DNA of 29,488 nt from a virus (taxonomy: Duplodnaviria > Heunggongvirae > Uroviricota > Caudoviricetes), in IMG/VR virus record IMGVR_UViG_3300028914_000001, positions 1-29,488 of that record; one strand, written 5' to 3'. Below are positions 25,434 through 29,488 of this stretch, one piece after another. Position 1 is the stretch's first letter, and every line of letters starts with the position of its first letter. The position numbers and the translations under genes are program-made. The notes under the pieces were generated by a model. It had not been told where the DNA came from and searched no databases. It worked only from the letters and a program-made list of their open reading frames with translations.

Positions 25434-25637
25434 CCCCCGACGGGCATGGTTTGTGGTCATAAGCAAAGCTCCGTTGTTTCTAGCCCGTCGGGGGCTTTTC
25501 TTTTATCCCCATATCAGTTTCAACTTAGGTTATCACCCCTACGCCTTCGACGCCAGTCCCCGTCGTAGCCTGTAACGAAATCTTTACACAAAAAGTGATG
25601 GAAACCCCTTGACTGAAACCATTTAATTAGGTATATT
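25434..25637 (+). repeat. Junction 28: long-loop terminator + site A + site B + promoter
   Basis: 12-bp stem 25434-25445/25483-25494; site A 25519-25538 (CTTAGG); site B 25571-25588; TTGACT 25609, TATATT 25632. Confidence 0.9.
25446..25482 (+). ncRNA. Candidate 3'UTR antisense RNA (loop complementary to module leader, SD and AUG)
   Basis: Loop reverse complement = TAGAAACAACGGAG-CTTTGCTT-ATGACCACAAACCAT; the first 14 nt equal 21075-21088 exactly. Confidence 0.45.
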
Positions 25638-25669
25638 TATAGCATAGAAACAACAACAGGAGATATACT

Positions 25670-26137
25670 ATGAGTTTCCATGGCGATGAAGATTGGCTCG
25701 ATATGAATGGGCTTCTCACAAACGAAAACACCGAACAGTACAAGGACGACATCAAGGAATTGCTGTCCAAGTATTACAAGTGGGATGAAGACTGCGAGGA
25801 GTTCGAAGATGACCACCCCGACACCTACCACAAGTACGAAATCCGTGCAGAGTTCGAAGATGAATGCTGTGATGACACCTTCAAGACCATCCTGCATATT
25901 GAGGTATGGCTCCCGACTGACGATGATGCAAAGGAACTTGCCGACATCATCGACGGCGAGGTTGTAGGTGGTCTCAACGAAGGTTGCCCCACTTTCCGCA
26001 TAACTTACAGAAACGAAATCTACATCAAGGCTGAAAACAAAGAGGAAGCCGAATCAATTTTCAGAAACATGAGCCGTTCCAAACTCGAAGAATGTTCTGA
26101 ATTTGTCGAAATCGTAAGCAACGAAAAGGAGGACTAA
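25670..26137 (+). CDS. Very acidic hypothetical protein, 155 aa
   Basis: TAGAAACAACAACAGGAG leader. Confidence 0.8.
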   Translation: MSFHGDEDWLDMNGLLTNENTEQYKDDIKELLSKYYKWDEDCEEFEDDHPDTYHKYEIRAEFEDECCDDTFKTILHIEVWLPTDDDAKELADIIDGEVVGGLNEGCPTFRITYRNEIYIKAENKEEAESIFRNMSRSKLEECSEFVEIVSNEKED

Positions 26138-26140
26138 CCC

Positions 26141-26437
26141 ATGTCTATGTTTGTCATCATCGAACACTCGACCGAAACCCCTATCCAAAAAGCAGGGCTT
26201 AACTATCCGTTCAAAACCTATGACGGAACCGTGGAAGCCCTTATCCGCACCCTCAAAGACAACAATGAACTCTATTGCGATGGAACCAATGGGGGTTACG
26301 AAATCCATGTTCCCGACAGCGATGAAAACCTCGAACACGAAACCGAAATCCGTGATGCGATGAAAAGCAGCCACTCACTCGTTGTAGACCATGGCGACTA
26401 CGATGTGCGTTATGACATCGTTGAACTCCTGCCATAA
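26141..26437 (+). CDS. Acidic hypothetical protein, 98 aa
   Basis: GGAGG SD inside the upstream gene end. Confidence 0.8.
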   Translation: MSMFVIIEHSTETPIQKAGLNYPFKTYDGTVEALIRTLKDNNELYCDGTNGGYEIHVPDSDENLEHETEIRDAMKSSHSLVVDHGDYDVRYDIVELLP

Positions 26438-26465
26438 AAAATTTTTAATTTTCCCGGAGGCATAA

Positions 26466-26801
26466 ATGAAGCTCAAACTCTATCTCGGTGTCTGCCCTAA
26501 CCGAATTGATGTTCTTCTCGACAAGAAGAAAGCCGACAAGGACAGGTACCTGCGTATCGAAGAAAAGACCATCGACATCCCCGATGCTCTCCTCACGAAA
26601 TCCGCCAAGCCGAAGAAAAGCGGAAAGGTAACTACCATCTGCTACGGCAAGCGTGATACATGGAACAGTGCCAAGGATGCTATCGACTATTTCAACGATG
26701 CCGCTAACAACTCCGATGGTTGCGAAAGGGAAAGATACCTTACCATCGTCAGCAAACTGCTTGACGGCGAAACCAAGGATGTAACAGACAGCTTCGGCTA
26801 G
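26466..26801 (+). CDS. Hypothetical protein, 111 aa
   Basis: GGAGG SD. Confidence 0.8.
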   Translation: MKLKLYLGVCPNRIDVLLDKKKADKDRYLRIEEKTIDIPDALLTKSAKPKKSGKVTTICYGKRDTWNSAKDAIDYFNDAANNSDGCERERYLTIVSKLLDGETKDVTDSFG

Positions 26802-26808
26802 AAATCCC

Positions 26809-26977
26809 ACCCCTCGAAAGAGGGGTTTTATTTTTTTATTTTTTGAGTTTCAACTTAGGTTATCACCCTCGGCTCGACTGCAGCTGTCCCACTCGGTTTC
26901 CGCCCTCGACTGTAACGAAATATTTACACAAAAAATGATGGGAACCCCTTGACTGAAACAATTTAATTAGGTATATT
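26809..26977 (+). repeat. Junction 29: terminator + site A + site B + promoter
   Basis: GAAA-loop hairpin 26809-26826; site A 26849-26868 (CTTAGG); site B 26911-26928; TTGACT 26949, TATATT 26972. Confidence 0.9.
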
Positions 26978-27005
26978 TATAACATAGAAACAACAGGAGA
27001 AACCT

Positions 27006-27767
27006 ATGGCAAAAATCATTTGCAAAGAATTTCCGAAGCCTATCCATAAGTGCATCCACAATCCCCATGTCGATGTCATCAAGACACGCAAGGATGGCAA
27101 GGACACCTACATCTACGAAGTAAGAGCAGATGGTGTTCCCACCTTTGTTATCAACCCGGATGAAACCTTACCCGCAGGCAATATCCCGAACCTCGAAGAC
27201 ACTTGGTACGGCGGTCAATGGCCCGGTAAGGATTGCAACGGGGGCGACTACGACCTGAACCTGTATGACCTTAGCGTGTACGGCGACGGCTGTGGCGTAG
27301 GGGCAAGCATCTACTCCTGCGTCCAGCAAGGCGACTACCCGACCACAAACTTTAATGACTGCGTAAAGGCTACCGTCAAATGCTGGTTCCAAGATGAAAA
27401 GGGCAAGCGAACCGAGTTCAATTACAATATCCCCGACAGCTATCTCGAAAAGTTCGGTGAATGGGATGGCAAGCCAATTCAACTCGTCAAGCGCCCGACC
27501 GATGAAGTATTAAAAGGCGCCAAAGAAATCGTTAAAAAGCTCAAAAAATTTTTGAAGAAAAACAAGCTTGAAATCCACTACGACATGGCAAGCGACAATG
27601 TTTACCTGCTCCCAAAGAAAGGATGGGATGATGCAACACGGGATGATGTCATCAAGGCGATGAAAGCATCCGGCAAAATCCTCAACCCTAGAACATGCGC
27701 TACAAAATGGGGATGGGTTCGTGGTTCTGAACTTGATGATAACTGGTTCTGCAAAGGAGGCAAGTAA
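27006..27767 (+). CDS. Hypothetical protein, 253 aa
   Basis: TAGAAACAACAGGAG leader. Confidence 0.85.
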   Translation: MAKIICKEFPKPIHKCIHNPHVDVIKTRKDGKDTYIYEVRADGVPTFVINPDETLPAGNIPNLEDTWYGGQWPGKDCNGGDYDLNLYDLSVYGDGCGVGASIYSCVQQGDYPTTNFNDCVKATVKCWFQDEKGKRTEFNYNIPDSYLEKFGEWDGKPIQLVKRPTDEVLKGAKEIVKKLKKFLKKNKLEIHYDMASDNVYLLPKKGWDDATRDDVIKAMKASGKILNPRTCATKWGWVRGSELDDNWFCKGGK

Positions 27768-28075
27768 TGGCTAAGAAAAAGAATACTCTCATGGGTAGGA
27801 TGCCGTCAAAGGAAGTGCTTGCCGAAGGCCGTCAAATCGTGTCCGAACTTATGGACTACCTCGGCAAAAACAAGTTGTACCTCATGTTTGACCCCGACGA
27901 CTATAAGCTTCGCCTCGGACCCGAGGGCCTGACCCATGTCGAAGACGGGGTTCAACCCAAGGGTAAAATCCCCTATACCAAAGAGGAAGATGAGGTTTGG
28001 GACGATAACTATTCCCTCGATATTGAGTGGAGCGAGTTCGACCCGGATAACTTCGACGATGATGAGGAGGACTAA
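27767..28075 (+). CDS. Acidic hypothetical protein, 102 aa
   Basis: TAATG stop/start overlap; AGGAGG SD. Confidence 0.8.
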   Translation: MAKKKNTLMGRMPSKEVLAEGRQIVSELMDYLGKNKLYLMFDPDDYKLRLGPEGLTHVEDGVQPKGKIPYTKEEDEVWDDNYSLDIEWSEFDPDNFDDDEED

Positions 28076-28078
28076 CAA

Positions 28079-28345
28079 ATGACCAATGAAAAGAAAAACG
28101 AATTTTCCAAAGTTCTCGAAGACAACGACCTTAATTATTGTTTCGGCTGGAATCTACAAGACGAATTTGAAGTCGAAGTCCACGAGGGCGACTGGAAGCA
28201 TGACCACATCCGTCTTAACTTGATTATGGAAAAGAATGGATATGAACTGGTTAGAGAAACCCATATCGGCCCGCCCACAGATGGCGACTGGTATAGCGCT
28301 ATCCATGTCTTCCGCAAAGCCGAACCCGAAACCCCTGCCGCCTAA
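28079..28345 (+). CDS. Hypothetical protein, 88 aa
   Basis: GAGGAGG SD in the upstream gene end. Confidence 0.8.
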   Translation: MTNEKKNEFSKVLEDNDLNYCFGWNLQDEFEVEVHEGDWKHDHIRLNLIMEKNGYELVRETHIGPPTDGDWYSAIHVFRKAEPETPAA

Positions 28346-28349
28346 TCAT

Positions 28350-28509
28350 ACCCCTCGAAAGAGGGGTTTTCATTTATCTCATCCCCAGTTTCAACTTGGG
28401 TTATCACCCCTTGACTGGAAACCTCCTGTCCCCATCATGGATTGTAAACCATTTTTTACACAAAAAATTGACTAAACCCATTGACGGCCAAGTTTTAATT
28501 AGGTATATT
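28350..28509 (+). repeat. Junction 30: terminator + site A + site B + promoter
   Basis: GAAA-loop hairpin 28350-28367; site A 28390-28409 (CTTGGG); site B 28443-28460; TTGACG 28481, TATATT 28504. Confidence 0.9.
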
Positions 28510-28544
28510 TAGAGCATAGAAACAACAAACCACAGGAGTTGGTT

Positions 28545-29123
28545 ATGGTAAAGAAATCCAATAACACAAAGTTCTACACAGTCGCAGGGTTCTCTCGCAT
28601 AGGCGGTTGCCTTGCTACAAGCAACTACACCGAAATCTTCTACAAGCGTTCCAAAGCATCCAAGTTCATCGCTGACGAAATCAATAATGTCATCGAGGAA
28701 GAAAACGCACAGAACCCTGATAACCAAATGGATAAGGTCACAGCCAAGGAATGCACCAAGGGTTACCGCCTCTCTTCCTACAATGACAAAGACGATATTG
28801 TCTGCCTCGATATCGTCGAACACACGATGGCTCCTATCAATGCCGTCGTCACTTTCGACCAGGATGACCGCACCCTTAATATCACTACCGTCGAAAGCAA
28901 GGATGCCGCAGAAAAGCGTGTCGCCGAATGTGCCAAGTCCTATGTCAAGCAGGAAAGCATTGAGTATCTCTATGCCAATCGTGAGGGCATGTGCGAAATC
29001 GACGATGACGGCATTGAAGAAAAGGAAGAATATGTCCACGCAGGAACCACGGGCGGAAACTTCACCGCATGGACTGCCGTTCAAATCCCTGTTCTCGGCA
29101 AGGCCGACATTGAGGTTCAATAA
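28545..29123 (+). CDS. Hypothetical protein, 192 aa
   Basis: ATG 28545 after CAGGAG. Confidence 0.8.
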   Translation: MVKKSNNTKFYTVAGFSRIGGCLATSNYTEIFYKRSKASKFIADEINNVIEEENAQNPDNQMDKVTAKECTKGYRLSSYNDKDDIVCLDIVEHTMAPINAVVTFDQDDRTLNITTVESKDAAEKRVAECAKSYVKQESIEYLYANREGMCEIDDDGIEEKEEYVHAGTTGGNFTAWTAVQIPVLGKADIEVQ

Positions 29124-29146
29124 TTTTTTGAAAAAGGAATTTTACA

Positions 29147-29488
29147 ATGAAAACGCAAAACAATCACCATGTATGGGATGACTTCACCGATGTCGCCAAG
29201 CGCCTCAACCCCTACCTCGAAATCAAGGGGCAGGGAACAACGATGGCATCACAGGTGGCCGCCTGTCTCTCGAACCTCGTCTACCATTTCTTCAACGATG
29301 GGGACATCTTCGATACAACCCACCACCTGAAAACCACCTGCAACGACTTCTCGGCCCGTGCCAACTGGCTCTACCTCAATCAGCCCGCAACTAGACCTGT
29401 CCTCGACCGAATCGAAAAGGTTCGCACCAAGGGGGACTATGCAGACCTCCTTTTCGACCTCTGCGAAATCTATGATGCGGACACCCTC
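29147..29488 (+). CDS. Partial phage hypothetical protein (runs off the window; not in the ORF track)
   Basis: AAGGA SD; open frame MKTQNNHHVWDDF...GQGTTMASQVAACLSNLVYHFFNDGD...NDFS..ANWL to the window end. Confidence 0.75.
   Translation, partial: MKTQNNHHVWDDFTDVAKRLNPYLEIKGQGTTMASQVAACLSNLVYHFFNDGDIFDTTHHLKTTCNDFSARANWLYLNQPATRPVLDRIEKVRTKGDYADLLFDLCEIYDADTL

Larger units (their letters stand above)
1..29488 (+). mobile_element. Phage-like (or ICE/plasmid) accessory region organised as an array of 30 promoter-gene-terminator modules
   Basis: All 57 credible CDS are on the + strand; families typical of phage/plasmid accessory regions (DUF932, DUF2958, DUF1281, GP88-like); no housekeeping, structural or integrase genes. 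Confidence 0.75.

Noticed and set aside
25380-25460. 26-codon minus-strand ORF (MTTNHARR..) behind the inverted leader
   Set aside because: There is no minus-strand promoter, and the frame runs through the GC stem into the HTH gene. It is better explained as antisense sequence than as a gene.
53-28409. Site A repeats as a CRISPR array
   Set aside because: Repeats are separated by 0.4-3.2 kb of genes, not 25-45-nt spacers, and there are no cas genes.
53-28409. Site A as classical integron attC
   Set aside because: The YYYCAAC and GTTATCA boxes are only 4 nt apart. attC needs RYYYAAC and GTTRRRY at the ends of a 57-141-bp imperfect hairpin. There is no intI, and the cassettes carry their own promoters.
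28468-28473. Extra TTGACT upstream of the junction 30 promoter
   Set aside because: There is no TATATT at the correct spacing. The TTGACG at 28481 is the correctly spaced -35.
1-29488. tRNA, rRNA, integrase, transposase or DGR elements
   Set aside because: No cloverleaf, rRNA-like tract, R-H-R-Y recombinase, DDE transposase or reverse transcriptase motifs were seen.

Overview
This 29.5 kb window is a strictly co-oriented (+ strand) array of 57 mostly small, often acidic genes. It contains no structural, replication or integrase genes. It is most likely the early/accessory region of a large phage; a leading region of an ICE or large plasmid cannot be excluded. Recognisable families are DUF2958-like, DUF932, two DUF1281/YubB-like, SpoVG-like, GP88-like and HTH_39-like proteins. 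The main signal is non-coding. Thirty intergenic junctions share one architecture: terminator hairpin, then 20-25 nt, then a conserved 20-bp site A (TYCAACWTRGGTTATCACCC), a mosaic GC-rich segment, often an 18-bp palindrome (site B, TGTAA-N8-TTACA), a sigma70-type promoter with TTAATTA in the spacer and an invariant TATATT -10, and an AGAAACAAC..GGAG leader before 1-4 ORFs. Site A is an imperfect palindrome that varies almost only in its centre. It sits at a fixed distance from the upstream terminator, not from the downstream promoter. It is a candidate recombination site for shuffling gene cassettes, or a protein roadblock that enforces termination. One terminator carries a 37-nt loop that is the reverse complement of a module-type leader, SD and start codon, which suggests built-in antisense control. 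All counts were made by eye, family calls are from motif recognition, and no database search was run.
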